Shown here in pieces: positions 49,105 to 60,411 of a stretch of 64,000 nucleotides of DNA; position 1 is the first letter of the stretch; each line of letters starts with the position of its first letter. The notes below the pieces were generated by a model. That model made no database searches. It had not been told where the DNA came from and saw only the letters and a list, made by a program, of their open reading frames with translations. Origin of the DNA: an uncultured Leptospirales bacterium (lineage in GTDB: Bacteria > Spirochaetota > UBA4802 > JAKQUI01); assembly GCA_964652955.1 (NCBI GenBank), contig CAZZCF010000006.1, positions 10,460-74,459 on the forward strand. The letters run 5' to 3'. The position numbers were made by a program, and so were the translations under genes.

Positions 49105-49522
49105 GTGATGAGTGATACGGGGAATAACTCGGGGAGAATCCATTTCCTCAAGAGGATTTCAGTACGGGTGACAATCATCATACCGGTTATTCTTTCCCTG
49201 GGAATTGGCGTTACCATTTACTATTACCTCGAATCGCAGAATACGACAATTATCGAATCCAGAGAAAATGCCATTATGGGAGAGAGCACTGTTCTGTATA
49301 TTGCCGTGAAGAACAACATGCTTGCAGGAGAAGCGGAGCAATGATCCGAATGCGAGGAACGGATGGCTCTACTATATAAAGGAGGGTGATAAGGCGAGCA
49401 TGCGAATCGACGGCAGGATGTGTATCGGCTGTCATGAAGCTGCCAATGAACAGCATCCTTATTTTGATAGAAACCCCAGGAGCATCTTTCGCGATTATCT
49501 CTTTGCTCCCTTTGCCAATTAG
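49105..49522 (+). pseudogene. possible frameshifted small membrane-anchored c-type cytochrome / DUF3365-like heme sensor (ORF 49105-49344 TM anchor; ORF 49322-49522 carries CIGCHE)
   Basis: Two overlapping ORFs in different frames; the second has no RBS and a TTG start and holds a CxxCH heme motif; the pieces together resemble one roughly 140-aa protein. Confidence 0.25.
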
Positions 49523-49560
49523 GGAGTATGTCTGCTTTCGATAACAGGACGTGCAGAGAT

Positions 49561-51960
49561 TTAGACTTTCACGGGGAACCGAAGGGTGAATTTCGTGCCG
49601 GCAGTTCTGTCGAGCTCAATGGTCCCCCCGAGCTGTGTCGCCAGCATATTCACCAGTTGTAACCCCAGTGTCTCTGCACTGTTTAGATCGATCTCATCCG
49701 GAATTCCAATCCCGTTATCACCTATCACCATGATATACTCATCTTCTGATTTTTTTAAATCGATTTCAATAATCCCTTCTCTCTTATCGGGGAAGGCGTA
49801 CTTCATCGCATTTGTTACAATTTCATTGATGATCAGTGCACAGGGTATGGCGGTATCAACACCGAGAAATATCTTTTTTGCCTTTATGTCCAGTTTTATA
49901 TTCGTTTCGTCGAGTGGATAGGAGTGGAAAAGCTCCCTCGTGAGAGTAGATATATATCCGCCGAAGTCTATTTTTGCCAGGTCCTCCGATTGATAGAGTT
50001 TCTCATGAACCATCGCCATCGAGCGAACGCGATTCTGGCTCTCCCGCAGCAGCTCTCTGTCATGGCCATCCCGTATGTACCGGGATTGCAGGTTGAGGAG
50101 ACTTGATATGATCTGCATATTGTTCTTCACCCGATGGTGTATCTCCTTGAGCATAACCTCCTTCTCCCTGAGAGAATTTTTGATCTGCTCATCTGCCTGT
50201 TTGCGATCGGTTATATCGAGGGTTACCTCTATTCCGCTTGTCATTTTGTTATCGGCATCTCTCACCGGATATCCGCGTATAAACCAGGTCCTCCCGTCAG
50301 GCGTTGTCTTCTCGATTTCCGTGGGCTGGCCGGTGTTCATCGCGGTAAAGACGGGACAGTCCGGGCAGCGCTCGGTGCGCTTCGGCCAGATCTCATAGCA
50401 GTGGCGACCGATGAGCTCTTCGCGGCTCATTGATGCTGAGTCGCACGCTGCTCTGTTGGGCCACTGTATTCTCATGTCAGAATCGGTATGGATGACATGC
50501 TCAACGAGGCTGTCCAGTATCATCCGCTTTTCGTGCTCGGCGTCTCTGAGCGCCTCTTCGGCTTGTTTCCGTTCGGTGATATCCCGGACAACTCCCCTGA
50601 AGCCTGTTGGCATGCCGGCTGGATCTGTTATCAGGCTAATTGATGTCTCGATGCTTCTCAACATTCCGTCCTTTGTCGGTATCTCCCAGATGAATGATCT
50701 TTCGGGTTTTCCCGTTCGATACACTTTGTTAAACGTGCGAAATATATTCTCGGCTCTCTCGCGATCCAGCATGCGGCGAAAATTCATTCCGGTGAGCTCT
50801 TCGTGTGAGAATCCGGAGATTCTGCACAGGGAGTCATTGAAGAAAGTAAAGCTTCCGGCGAGGTCGACCTCGTAGTATCCCTCTTCGATGTTTTCGATGA
50901 TGGTGCGGTACTTCTCTTCGCTCTCACGGAGTGCTTCCTGGGCTCGCTTCTGCTCTGTTATATCCTCGGCGACTCCTTCGTTCCACCCCGCCTTATAATT
51001 GGGCTTTGAGGAAAAGCGCACCCAGAAGGTGGAGCCGTCCTTCCGCCTGAATTCCGCTTCATAGCCCCTGACCTCGCCATCTCTCTGAACTATCCCGAGC
51101 ATAGCATCGCGGGCGTTCGGATCAACGTAGTGATCCTTCGCGATGAACTGCTGAATGAACTCTTCCCTGTTTGCATAGCCGAACATCCTCGCATTCTGTT
51201 CATTGCTCTCGAAGGCTTTACCGTCTTCCATTCTCGTTCTGAAGAGTCCGACCTGTGCGTTCTGGAATATATTCCGATAGTTCTCTTCGCTCTGCTTCAG
51301 ATTTCTGTTGAGCTCGATGTTCTTCTGCACCTCGGCATGTGCTCTGTCGAGCGCCTGCTTGCTGATGTTGAATACCTGATAGGATATTAATCCGACAAAG
51401 ATAAAGGCAATGGTATTGTCCATGAGGTATTCAAACAGGGTCTTTTCGGAGATACCGAAGTCAACCTCTATCTTTATTATGAAAATGAAGAAGATGATCA
51501 GGTTGATAGTGAAATAAGCAATTATCCACTCCTTCCGTTTCGTGAATATCAGAGGAGTGAAGGTGAGGAGGGCCAGGACAAGTACGATGGTGTCCATCGC
51601 CTCTATGGGACTTCGAGTGAAATCGTCGGTAAAGATGACTGCCCAGAGTGGGATAAGCAGGGCCATGAAAAGCGAGTGGGCCGCCGTGGCGAAGTAACCC
51701 TTTATCAGAATGATGATAACCAGCACGGTGATGAAGCACCCTATGAGAATCGCTGAAAAGGCCACCACATCCCTTCGGTGCAGTATCACCGAGAGAAAAA
51801 GGGTCGGCATCACGACAAAGAGAATCGACAGGCATATCACCAAAAAGGTCTTTGCCTTCTGCTGCAGAACGAAATCGGCACTTTCGTACCTTGCAAGGGA
51901 AAATCTGAACAATCTCTCAATCATGTGTACCCTCTTTTTCAGGTGCAACGATGAAGCCAC
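49561..51960 (-). CDS. sensor histidine kinase: polytopic N-terminal membrane sensor, three to four PAS domains, HisKA_2 (HWE-like) dimerisation/phosphoacceptor, HATPase_c
   Basis: HisKA_2 motif ([18 protein letters not shown]); ATPase G-boxes (IGDNGIGIP ... LGLQLV); multiple PAS segments; several TM helices at the N-terminus. Confidence 0.8.
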   Translation of the reverse strand: MASSLHLKKRVHMIERLFRFSLARYESADFVLQQKAKTFLVICLSILFVVMPTLFLSVILHRRDVVAFSAILIGCFITVLVIIILIKGYFATAAHSLFMALLIPLWAVIFTDDFTRSPIEAMDTIVLVLALLTFTPLIFTKRKEWIIAYFTINLIIFFIFIIKIEVDFGISEKTLFEYLMDNTIAFIFVGLISYQVFNISKQALDRAHAEVQKNIELNRNLKQSEENYRNIFQNAQVGLFRTRMEDGKAFESNEQNARMFGYANREEFIQQFIAKDHYVDPNARDAMLGIVQRDGEVRGYEAEFRRKDGSTFWVRFSSKPNYKAGWNEGVAEDITEQKRAQEALRESEEKYRTIIENIEEGYYEVDLAGSFTFFNDSLCRISGFSHEELTGMNFRRMLDRERAENIFRTFNKVYRTGKPERSFIWEIPTKDGMLRSIETSISLITDPAGMPTGFRGVVRDITERKQAEEALRDAEHEKRMILDSLVEHVIHTDSDMRIQWPNRAACDSASMSREELIGRHCYEIWPKRTERCPDCPVFTAMNTGQPTEIEKTTPDGRTWFIRGYPVRDADNKMTSGIEVTLDITDRKQADEQIKNSLREKEVMLKEIHHRVKNNMQIISSLLNLQSRYIRDGHDRELLRESQNRVRSMAMVHEKLYQSEDLAKIDFGGYISTLTRELFHSYPLDETNIKLDIKAKKIFLGVDTAIPCALIINEIVTNAMKYAFPDKREGIIEIDLKKSEDEYIMVIGDNGIGIPDEIDLNSAETLGLQLVNMLATQLGGTIELDRTAGTKFTLRFPVKV

Positions 51961-52144
51961 TCTGAGAAATTTCGCATCCCTTTTATTAAAGGATGAATGG
52001 CTCTATTGTGCAACAATATTTTCCGCGATTGAGGGATGAACCACTCAATTGCTGCCTCGAATTTTGTGCAGGAAGTCTTGACGTATGAGTATGGTAACGT
52101 ATGGTATACGTTGTAATCAGATTTCAGCGATATCAGGAGGAAGC

Positions 52145-52906
52145 ATGAGCTATAGCACGATACTGTATCAGGAAGAAGAGGGGATTGGGCTGCTCACCCT
52201 GAACAGGCCTGAGCGTATAAATGCGCTCAATCAGGTTATGCTTGAAGAGCTTGACGGGCTCCTCGATGCACTTGCTTGCAGTGAGAGCTGTCGGGTGCTC
52301 ATTATTACCGGAGGAGGTGACCGGGGATTCTGTTCGGGTATGGACATGAAAGAATCGGCAACACTGCTCTTCGAGCAGGTGCCGGCGATGATTTATCGGT
52401 ACCAGTCCCGTGCCTCCCGTCTGGTGTACAAACTGAGGACGATCCCCCAGCCGGTCATTGCGGCGGTTCACGGGGCAGCATCGGGTGTCGGATTCAGTTT
52501 TGCCATGGCCGCCGATGTTCGCATTATCACTCCGGAAGCCCGGTTCAATGCGGCTTATATCAACATCGGTCTCGGAGGAGCAGACCTGGCGAGCAGCTAT
52601 TTCCTCCCGAAGCTCATCGGTTCAGGAAGGGCAAATGAATTTCTCCTCACCGGTGATTTCATGAGCGGGGAGGAGGCGATGGCACTCGGTTTTGCGAGCC
52701 GGATGGTTCCGCGAGAGGAACTCATGCAGGTCGCGCAGACCGTTGCGCTGAAGATGGTTGAGAAAAACCCTTTCGGTCTCTTTTTAACCAAAGAGGCGAT
52801 CAACCAGAACCTCGGCGTTTCTTCGCTGGAGCAGGCGCTGCATCTTGAAAATCGGAACCAGTCTCTTCTCATAACGGCGATGAAAATCGGTGTACAGGGT
52901 GAGTAG
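52145..52906 (+). CDS. enoyl-CoA hydratase/isomerase (crotonase family)
   Basis: Crotonase N-terminus (GIGLLTLNRPERINALN ... ITGGGDRGFCSGMD); ATG 52145 after CAGGAGGA. Confidence 0.8.
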   Translation: MSYSTILYQEEEGIGLLTLNRPERINALNQVMLEELDGLLDALACSESCRVLIITGGGDRGFCSGMDMKESATLLFEQVPAMIYRYQSRASRLVYKLRTIPQPVIAAVHGAASGVGFSFAMAADVRIITPEARFNAAYINIGLGGADLASSYFLPKLIGSGRANEFLLTGDFMSGEEAMALGFASRMVPREELMQVAQTVALKMVEKNPFGLFLTKEAINQNLGVSSLEQALHLENRNQSLLITAMKIGVQGE

Positions 52907-53074
52907 TGTGAGCAACACTGCGAGATGCATTTTTCTTGACTTTTACCGGGTTCACATAATCATTATGGCATGTGAATACTGTTTCCCCGGTCTCTTTTCC
53001 CTCATGGCGCTGATGGAGACATTCAGTGTTAAGGAGAATGGCGATACTGGGTTCAATTATTTCAGGAGGAATAT

Positions 53075-54052
53075 ATGATAAAGACGCGTATTACTGAGAT
53101 GCTCGGGATACAATACCCGATTATTGGCGGAACCATGATGAATATCTCCAGGCCGGATTTCGTCGCAGCTTGTTCGAATGCGGGCGGATTGGGAATAATC
53201 GCTTCGGCTATCTACAAGGATTCAATCGACCAGCTTCGCGAGGCGATACGGGAAACCATATCCCTGACCGACAAGCCCTTTGCCGTAAATATTAATCTCT
53301 TTCCGATGCTCCAACCGGTTGATCCGAAAGAATTTCTCAAGGCGGTGCTCGAGGAGGGAGTGAAGGTTATCGAGACATCGGGACACAGCGCTCCCGAGGA
53401 TTTCGTTCCGATGTTCCGAGAGGCAGGGGTGACCTGGATTCATAAATGTGCAGGTGTTCGATATGCTCGCAAGGCTGCCAGTCTCGGTGCCGATATCATC
53501 GAAGTGGTCGGCTATGAGAACGGCGGTGCTGTTGGCATGCTCGAAATTGGGACACTCGTTATGGTTCCCAGTGTCGTCGACGCTGTGGGTGATATTCCGG
53601 TCATCGGCGGTGGCGGCGTCATGGATGGCCGGGGACTTCTGGCAGTTCTCTCGCTGGGAGCGGAAGGCATTATCATCGGGACAAGGATCATGGCGACGAA
53701 GGAGTGCCCTATTCATGATAATTTGAAACAGGTGCTTCTCAATGCTGCTGAGACGGATACGGAAGTTATCATGAAAACGATTCGAGCCTCTCACCGCGTA
53801 TGGAATAACGCCGCAGCGAAGAAGGTGCTGGAACTTGAGGTTTCGCAGAGCGACCCTGAGGAGATGTTCTCCGTGAGTGCCGGCGCCAAGGTTCGTGCGA
53901 TGTATACTGACGGTGAAGTGGATAAGGGTGTTCTCTACTGCGGTCAGGGGGTCGGTCTCGTTCATGATATCCCGACGGTTGCTGAGCTCTTCCAGCGATT
54001 GATCAAAGAAGCTGAATCGAATATATCAGCACTGAGGAAGCGGTTTAGTTAA
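53075..54052 (+). CDS. NAD(P)H-dependent flavin oxidoreductase (nitronate monooxygenase/FabK-like, TIM barrel)
   Basis: NMO-family pattern (GIQYPIIGGTMMNISRPDFVAACSNAGGLGIIAS ... VIGGGGVMDGRG). Confidence 0.75.
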   Translation: MIKTRITEMLGIQYPIIGGTMMNISRPDFVAACSNAGGLGIIASAIYKDSIDQLREAIRETISLTDKPFAVNINLFPMLQPVDPKEFLKAVLEEGVKVIETSGHSAPEDFVPMFREAGVTWIHKCAGVRYARKAASLGADIIEVVGYENGGAVGMLEIGTLVMVPSVVDAVGDIPVIGGGGVMDGRGLLAVLSLGAEGIIIGTRIMATKECPIHDNLKQVLLNAAETDTEVIMKTIRASHRVWNNAAAKKVLELEVSQSDPEEMFSVSAGAKVRAMYTDGEVDKGVLYCGQGVGLVHDIPTVAELFQRLIKEAESNISALRKRFS

Positions 54053-54360
54053 AACCTTCTGCCGGAGAATAATAGGGGTGCTCCTAAGAGCTATTGATAT
54101 GATGCCCCCCTGATCGGCTTTTTTTCGCACATCCTGAGCACGCTGATATGCGTGACGTCGTGTCGCTGTGAGCACAATGCCTGATGCAACCGGTATTTAC
54201 AATCTGTGGATCGATGTAAATACCGGTTTTTAGAGGTTTCAATACATAAGACAGAATGACAGGGTTATCCTGACAATCCTGTCTCGGTACTATATACAAC
54301 GTTTTCTCGCCTGGCAGCATTTTATTAGTTACTTCATATTCAATACTTTGAGGAGGGAGC

Positions 54361-55299
54361 ATGGAAACGAATGAGGTACGGCAGGCAGTTGTTGTCGGTG
54401 CCGGTGTGATGGGGCATTCCATCGCACAGGTATTTGCTCAGTACGGTATAGAGGTTGGCCTCGTCGACCTCAGCGATAAAGAGTTGAAGCGGGCGATGCA
54501 TCTGATACGGAATAACCTCCAGGTGCTGGCCGACTTCGGCAGGGTCCCGCGAGATGAGATACCGTCAATTATTGGGCGCATTCATCCATCAACAGATCTT
54601 GCCGCCGCTTCGAAAGGGGTCGACTTTGCCCTCGAGGCGGTTTCTGAGGTTGCCGAAGTGAAGAAGCGTGTTTTCGCGCAGCTTGATGAGTGTTGTCCCG
54701 ATACCGTTCTCGCCAGCAATACTTCCGGGCTGGACATCTTCAACTTCGTTGAGGTAAAGAATCCTCAGAAGCTGCTGATAACACACTGGTTCGCTCCGCC
54801 GCATATCATCCCCCTCGTCGAGATTGCATCGGGTCCGGAGACAGCCGATACCACTGTTGATTTTGCCGCTGCTCTGATGGAGCGGCTCGGGAAGAAAGTA
54901 ATCGTTATGCAGAAGTATATTCCATCCTTTATCGTCAACAAGATACAGGGCGCTATTGGCATGGCCATCTATGAGCTCATCACGGGTGAATATGCAACCC
55001 CGGAGGAGATTGATCTGGCGGTGAAGTACAGCCTCGGCATACGATTGCCTATTGTGGGGGTTGTCCAGACGCTCGATTTTACCGGCCTCGATCTCATATA
55101 TGACGTTGTCAAAGCCGCGGGAGTGAGCTATCCCTATCTCGAGGAGAAGGTGAGAATGGGTCATCTCGGTGCGAAGACCGCCCGGGGTATATACGATTAT
55201 GGCGGGAGGAGCGAGGAGGAGATTCTCCGCAAGCGGGATGAGCGGTATCTCAAACTGCTCGATTTCCTTCAGGAGATAAACGCCTTTGAGCCGGTGTAG
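54361..55299 (+). CDS. hbd: 3-hydroxyacyl-CoA (3-hydroxybutyryl-CoA) dehydrogenase
   Basis: Rossmann motif VVGAGVMG; 3HCDH N- and C-terminal domain pattern. Confidence 0.85.
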   Translation: METNEVRQAVVVGAGVMGHSIAQVFAQYGIEVGLVDLSDKELKRAMHLIRNNLQVLADFGRVPRDEIPSIIGRIHPSTDLAAASKGVDFALEAVSEVAEVKKRVFAQLDECCPDTVLASNTSGLDIFNFVEVKNPQKLLITHWFAPPHIIPLVEIASGPETADTTVDFAAALMERLGKKVIVMQKYIPSFIVNKIQGAIGMAIYELITGEYATPEEIDLAVKYSLGIRLPIVGVVQTLDFTGLDLIYDVVKAAGVSYPYLEEKVRMGHLGAKTARGIYDYGGRSEEEILRKRDERYLKLLDFLQEINAFEPV

Positions 55300-55430
55300 T
55301 CTGTGATAAAACCACTTACTAGTTATCATATACATTTCAGTGGATCCGTGCTTCATTATTTTGACTCAGCAAAATCCATGAGTGGATTCTTGCAGGAATC
55401 CCATTAATAGGATGTAAGGAGGTAGGCGAA

Positions 55431-56405
55431 ATGGGAGATCGTTCAAAGCGTGGAGGACTCAGGTTAGTGTTCTTTGCAGCTGCTGGTTTAATAATCCTTA
55501 TCGGTATCGCTCTCTTCGCCGTGATGAGGGCAATGAAGCCTGCACGAGCGGCGGACCTCCCCTGTCGGAATACAGCGGGAAGAGCCCGATGCGTCGCGGT
55601 GAATAGCTTTGATCTCTGGTGTCGGGAAACCGGCAACAGGTCGGGGAAGACGGTTATCGTTCTTCATGGCGGCCCCGGCATGTCCTGTCACTACTTTCAG
55701 GATGCCTTCGATTTCCTGGAGCGGGAGTATCGACTTATTTTGTATGATCAGCGTGGCTCCGGATTTTCACAGATAAAACCTGATCTCCGTAACTACAGCT
55801 TCAATGCCCTTGTTCAGGAACTTGAGGCGGTGCGGCGAGAGTTTGTCGGCAATGAGAAGATAATCATCATCGGACACTCATTTGGGGGACTCATCGCGCA
55901 GCGATATGCCGTTGAGTACCCTGATCGTGTTGATCGGATGGTGCTGATATCCTCCGCCTATGCGCGCTTAAACCGACAGAGCATCGTGCGGCACTTCCGG
56001 CTGGTATTGAAGTACGGACTTCCTCCCTCTGATCCGGAGAAGGCAAATGAATTTTTCATGAAGATGTTTCCGGTTATTTTTGAGGATACCTTCTACGATA
56101 TGAAAAACTTTCAGAACCTTAAACCGGGGTATGCCTCGTTTGCAAGCACCATGGCGGTGCGGTACTCGCTTGGGAATTACGATTTTCGGGACGATCTGCA
56201 ACATATTAAGGCGAAAACGCTCATTCTCTATGGTGAAGCGGAGGTGGCAACCACTGCTGAGGAGTTTCAGAAAAAGATTCACGAATTAATTCCCGGATCC
56301 GAGATGGTAAAATTCGAGAAGAGCGGCCACTGGTTATTTCTGGAGGAGCCCGAGAGATTTCAGAAAATCGTTTTCGATTTCCTCAGGGGGAGTCCGCAGA
56401 GGTGA
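55431..56405 (+). CDS. alpha/beta-fold hydrolase (proline iminopeptidase-like) with N-terminal TM anchor
   Basis: Nucleophile elbow GHSFGG; HGGPG oxyanion region. Confidence 0.7.
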   Translation: MGDRSKRGGLRLVFFAAAGLIILIGIALFAVMRAMKPARAADLPCRNTAGRARCVAVNSFDLWCRETGNRSGKTVIVLHGGPGMSCHYFQDAFDFLEREYRLILYDQRGSGFSQIKPDLRNYSFNALVQELEAVRREFVGNEKIIIIGHSFGGLIAQRYAVEYPDRVDRMVLISSAYARLNRQSIVRHFRLVLKYGLPPSDPEKANEFFMKMFPVIFEDTFYDMKNFQNLKPGYASFASTMAVRYSLGNYDFRDDLQHIKAKTLILYGEAEVATTAEEFQKKIHELIPGSEMVKFEKSGHWLFLEEPERFQKIVFDFLRGSPQR

Positions 56406-56588
56406 TGTGCGGACAGATGAAACCGCTATTCATATTAATATTGAGCAGACATATACTTTTACCTTGACTTTTTGAGTAAAGGGGAGTATCGTAATTCTCG
56501 CCTCGGGGATATTGTTTCAGAACAAAAAATAAATATTTGCATCGCCATTATGAGATGATGCATACCATTAATACTGGGAGGGTTTGTC

Positions 56589-58307
56589 ATGGAGGAGGAA
56601 AAAAATTTTAAGTACTGGCCGAAGGGAAGGCCGAAGTCTCTGAAATACCCTGAAATACCTGTCTATGAGTTTCTCAACTCAACCGCCACGCGCTATCCTG
56701 ATACTGTGGCCATGCGGTTCGGCGGGATGGAGATAACCTATAAGGAGTTCCTGGACCTGAGCCACAAATGCGCTCATGCTCTCAAGGCGAGAGGAGTGAA
56801 GAAGGGGGACAGGGTTGCCATTCATCTGCCCAATTGCCCGCAGTTTGCAATCGCGTACTACGGATTGCTCAAGCTGGGGGCCATATTTGTTCCCTGTTCC
56901 CCCCTTGCGGGTGAGCGTGAGCTTGAATATCAGTTGAACGATTGCGGGGCGGAGACCTTTATCACCCTCGATCTCATCTTCGGTTCCGTAGCGAATATTC
57001 TCGACAAGACGAAGGTTAAGAATCTGTTTGTCGCGAGTCTTGCTGATTGCTATCCGCCGCTTTCAGCCCCGATAAAGCTTCTCACCAAGCAGCCCCTTCC
57101 CAGGGGTGAGGACTTTCAGAATCTCGTTACGGAGGGGAGCACTGATCCCATCAATGAACCGATTGACCCGAAGAAGGATATAGCACATCTCGCCTATACC
57201 GGGGGGACGACCGGTCTCTCGAAAGGGGTGATGGTATCCCATTACAATGCCGTTGTCAACGTTGTACAGGCCAATCTCTGGTTCGCCGGCGGTGAGGTTG
57301 AATACAAGGATGGTATTCTCACCAGGGATTACTCATTCTATAAGAAGGAGATGGGTGATGCGGAGCCCCCCATTCAGGATCGGGAAACAGCGCTCGTCGT
57401 CGTCCCCTGGTTCCACGCCATGGGTACCATCGGCTATCTGAACAATATGGTTTTCGGGGCAACGACCATGATAGTATTTCCTCGCTTCGATGCAACCGAA
57501 TACCTCAGGGCGGTCGATAAGTACAAGGCGGAAATGCTGGGAGGGGCGCCGCAGCTCTACATACCGCTGGTACAGCATCCGGAGTTCAAGGATGTCGATA
57601 TGTCACGGATCAAGCTTGCCGTCTCGGGTGCTGCGCCTCTGCCCGTCCAGGTTCTGGAGCAGATGCTCGATGCCTTCACCGGCGTGGTCTGCGAGGCGTA
57701 CGGTATGACAGAAGTGGTGATGATCGGTATTGGGAATCCGCCCTTCCGGGAGGGCTTGAAAGCCGGCTCGGTGGGAATACCGATTTTCGACACCTATGTC
57801 AAAGTTATTGACCTGAACACCGGTGAGCCGCTTCCTCCCGGGAAGGAGGGTGAGATCTGCATGAAGGGTCCGCAGGTTACCATGGGCTACTGGCAGAAGC
57901 CGGAAGAAACCGCACAGGTGTACATCGATGGCTGGGTGCATTCCGGTGACATCGGCTACTACGATGAGGATGGCTACTTCTACATCACCGACCGAAAAAA
58001 GGATATGATAATCTACAAGGGGCACAATGTTTATCCGAGAGAGCTTGAGGAGATTATTTTCGAGCATCCGAAGGTAGGCCACTGTGCCGTGGTCGGAAAG
58101 AGGGACGAGAAGGGTGGCGAAATACCGGTGGCATTCGTGCAGCTCAAGCAGGACACGGAAGCAAAAGCAGAAGAGATAATGGACTTCGTTAATGAGAAGA
58201 TGGCTAAGTACAAGCACATTCGCGAGGTGCACTTTATCGATGAGATACCGGTCAGTGCGGCCGGTAAAGTCCTCAAACGAGAGCTCAGGGATAAACTGAA
58301 TGAATAG
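56589..58307 (+). CDS. fadD: long-chain-fatty-acid--CoA ligase (AMP-dependent synthetase/ligase)
   Basis: AMP-binding motif (YTGGTTGLSKGV); 572 aa. Confidence 0.85.
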   Translation: MEEEKNFKYWPKGRPKSLKYPEIPVYEFLNSTATRYPDTVAMRFGGMEITYKEFLDLSHKCAHALKARGVKKGDRVAIHLPNCPQFAIAYYGLLKLGAIFVPCSPLAGERELEYQLNDCGAETFITLDLIFGSVANILDKTKVKNLFVASLADCYPPLSAPIKLLTKQPLPRGEDFQNLVTEGSTDPINEPIDPKKDIAHLAYTGGTTGLSKGVMVSHYNAVVNVVQANLWFAGGEVEYKDGILTRDYSFYKKEMGDAEPPIQDRETALVVVPWFHAMGTIGYLNNMVFGATTMIVFPRFDATEYLRAVDKYKAEMLGGAPQLYIPLVQHPEFKDVDMSRIKLAVSGAAPLPVQVLEQMLDAFTGVVCEAYGMTEVVMIGIGNPPFREGLKAGSVGIPIFDTYVKVIDLNTGEPLPPGKEGEICMKGPQVTMGYWQKPEETAQVYIDGWVHSGDIGYYDEDGYFYITDRKKDMIIYKGHNVYPRELEEIIFEHPKVGHCAVVGKRDEKGGEIPVAFVQLKQDTEAKAEEIMDFVNEKMAKYKHIREVHFIDEIPVSAAGKVLKRELRDKLNE

Positions 58308-58336
58308 TTGATTGTGCACAGGTGATTTATTGTGAT

Positions 58337-58368
58337 GGGGGCTTCGGAATGGGTGCCCCCTTCTTTTC
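58337..58368 (+). terminator. rho-independent terminator candidate after the acyl-CoA ligase gene
   Basis: GGGGGC / GCCCCC stem flanking a 12-nt loop, followed by TTCTTTTC. Confidence 0.5.
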
Positions 58369-58593
58369 AGATATACCGATGTGATGCTCCATGCCGGTTA
58401 TGCAAATTTCCTCTCGAGGATGCCCTGAAGAATGAAAAAATGAATAGACATACAAAAAAAAGATTTTATACCGGTAAGGGCGATCGTATTTACACCGCTG
58501 TTTGTTGATGTTTTCGTTGTGATGCAGAATAAAGAGTTTTCGCAATCTCTGCGTAGATTGTGAAGCGAGTTTAATAGCAATGAGGAGGTTCGT

Positions 58594-60411
58594 ATGATTC
58601 CTGAGACTATGACGCCATTAGAGAGAATGGAAGCGGCCATTGCACTTGAACCGGTTGATCGGCATCCGGTTTTTCCCATACTGGTGACATCGGCGCCGAG
58701 ATTATATGGCATCAAACAGGCGGAGGCGTGGCGCGATCACAATGTCGCCCGCGAAGCGCTGCTCCGATGTTATAAGGACTTCGGGTATGATATAGGGAGC
58801 AAGCCCAATTACTACTATCCCATGCTCCCCGGAAAGCTCATGGGCGCTCCCGTCAGAAATCTCATTCCCGGCAAGCAGCTTGCTGAGGATGATCTCTATC
58901 AGATTGACGAGCGTGTTCTCTTCAGCCGTGAGGATTATGATGCGATAGCGTCCCTCGGCTGGAACAGCTTCTGGGATCAGCATTATGAAAAGATGAGCGG
59001 TAAATCATTTGAAAAGTTCATTACCATGCAAACCTTCTCCAATCAGCTGTATGTTGAGGACACAAAGATATGCGAGGAGCAGGGGATGCCGATATTTCTC
59101 GGTGCAGCCGTCGATTCGGTATTGATGGCTTTTTCACTCAGCCGCACCCTGACCGAGTTCACCAAGGATCTCTACCAGGTGCCTGACAAGGTTGAGGCGG
59201 CGATGAAGGCATCGTGCGATGATATCATTGCCAATACGATTCAGTGCTGCAGGAATAACGACAAAAACGTCGCCTTTATTGTTCTGGAGCGTGGTTCGGG
59301 GTATTATTACCGGCTGGAGATATTCGAGCGCTTTGAATGGCCGTTTCTCCAGCGCTACGTCGATGCCTTTGTTTCTGAGGGGATTCTGCCCTGGCTACAC
59401 TTTGATACCGACTGGGGAATCAATCTCCCCTATCTCAAGCAGCTTCCCCGGGGAAAGTGCGTTTGCGATCTCGATGGAACCACTGACATCTTTCAGGCCA
59501 AGGAGGTTCTGCGTGATCACATGTGCATCAGCGGGGATGTGCCGGCGGCATTGCTGTCGCTGGGAAAACCCGAGGAGATTGTCGAATACTGCAAAAGGGT
59601 CATCGACGAGGTGGGAGACGGAGGCGGCTTCATGCTGACCACGGGATGCGAGTGCCCTGTTGATGTCAAACCTGAGAATCTCAGGGCGATGGTTGAAACG
59701 GGGAAGAGCTATCGAGGAAAGAAGGTGAGCAGGAAGGTCCATCCGGCAGCGGTGGTTGAGAAGGAAGCGGTGAAAGAAGTACAGCCGATGGGAGATATTG
59801 CTGCTGCCTTCGGCAATCTGGTGTATGATGACGTTGAGCGCCTGGTTCAAGAAGCGCTTTCAAGTGGTGTTGAACCACTTGCTGTTCTTGATGAGTGTAA
59901 GTCGGGTATGGACATCGTTGGTGAGCTCTACAGCAGCGGTGAGTACTTCCTCTCGGAGCTCATCCTCTCGGGTGAGCTATTCAAGCAGGTCGTCAATACC
60001 CTCAAGCCGCTCATCGAACGGAAAGGGGAGGTTGCTTCAATAGGATCGGTTGTCATCGGGACGCCGAAGGGTGATATTCACGATCTGGGGAAGAATATTG
60101 TTGCAACGCTCTTCGATGCGAGTGGATTCACGGTAACCGATCTCGGTGTTGATACTCCCCCCGAGAAGTTCGTCGATGAGGTTGCCAGAACGGATGCGCG
60201 GATTATTGCCATGTCGTCGCTAATTACTCCGGCTTTTGAGTCGATGAAAAAAGTAGTCGATCTGTTGGAGGAACGCGGATTGCGGAAGGGGAGATATGTT
60301 ATCATCGGCGGTGGTCCCACCACTGAAGCCGTTCGGGATTATGTCGGTGCGGATGACTGGTCCTTAAATCCGGTTGTCGGGATTCACCGGTGCAAGGACT
60401 TTCTCGCGTAG
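58594..60411 (+). CDS. CmuA-like bifunctional protein: N-terminal MtaA/URO-D-family methyltransferase domain fused to a C-terminal cobalamin-binding (corrinoid) domain
   Basis: MtaA-type N-terminus (TPLERMEAAIALEPVDRHPVFP); C-terminal B12-binding cap plus DxHxxG (GDIHDLGKNIVA); 605 aa. Confidence 0.65.
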   Translation: MIPETMTPLERMEAAIALEPVDRHPVFPILVTSAPRLYGIKQAEAWRDHNVAREALLRCYKDFGYDIGSKPNYYYPMLPGKLMGAPVRNLIPGKQLAEDDLYQIDERVLFSREDYDAIASLGWNSFWDQHYEKMSGKSFEKFITMQTFSNQLYVEDTKICEEQGMPIFLGAAVDSVLMAFSLSRTLTEFTKDLYQVPDKVEAAMKASCDDIIANTIQCCRNNDKNVAFIVLERGSGYYYRLEIFERFEWPFLQRYVDAFVSEGILPWLHFDTDWGINLPYLKQLPRGKCVCDLDGTTDIFQAKEVLRDHMCISGDVPAALLSLGKPEEIVEYCKRVIDEVGDGGGFMLTTGCECPVDVKPENLRAMVETGKSYRGKKVSRKVHPAAVVEKEAVKEVQPMGDIAAAFGNLVYDDVERLVQEALSSGVEPLAVLDECKSGMDIVGELYSSGEYFLSELILSGELFKQVVNTLKPLIERKGEVASIGSVVIGTPKGDIHDLGKNIVATLFDASGFTVTDLGVDTPPEKFVDEVARTDARIIAMSSLITPAFESMKKVVDLLEERGLRKGRYVIIGGGPTTEAVRDYVGADDWSLNPVVGIHRCKDFLA

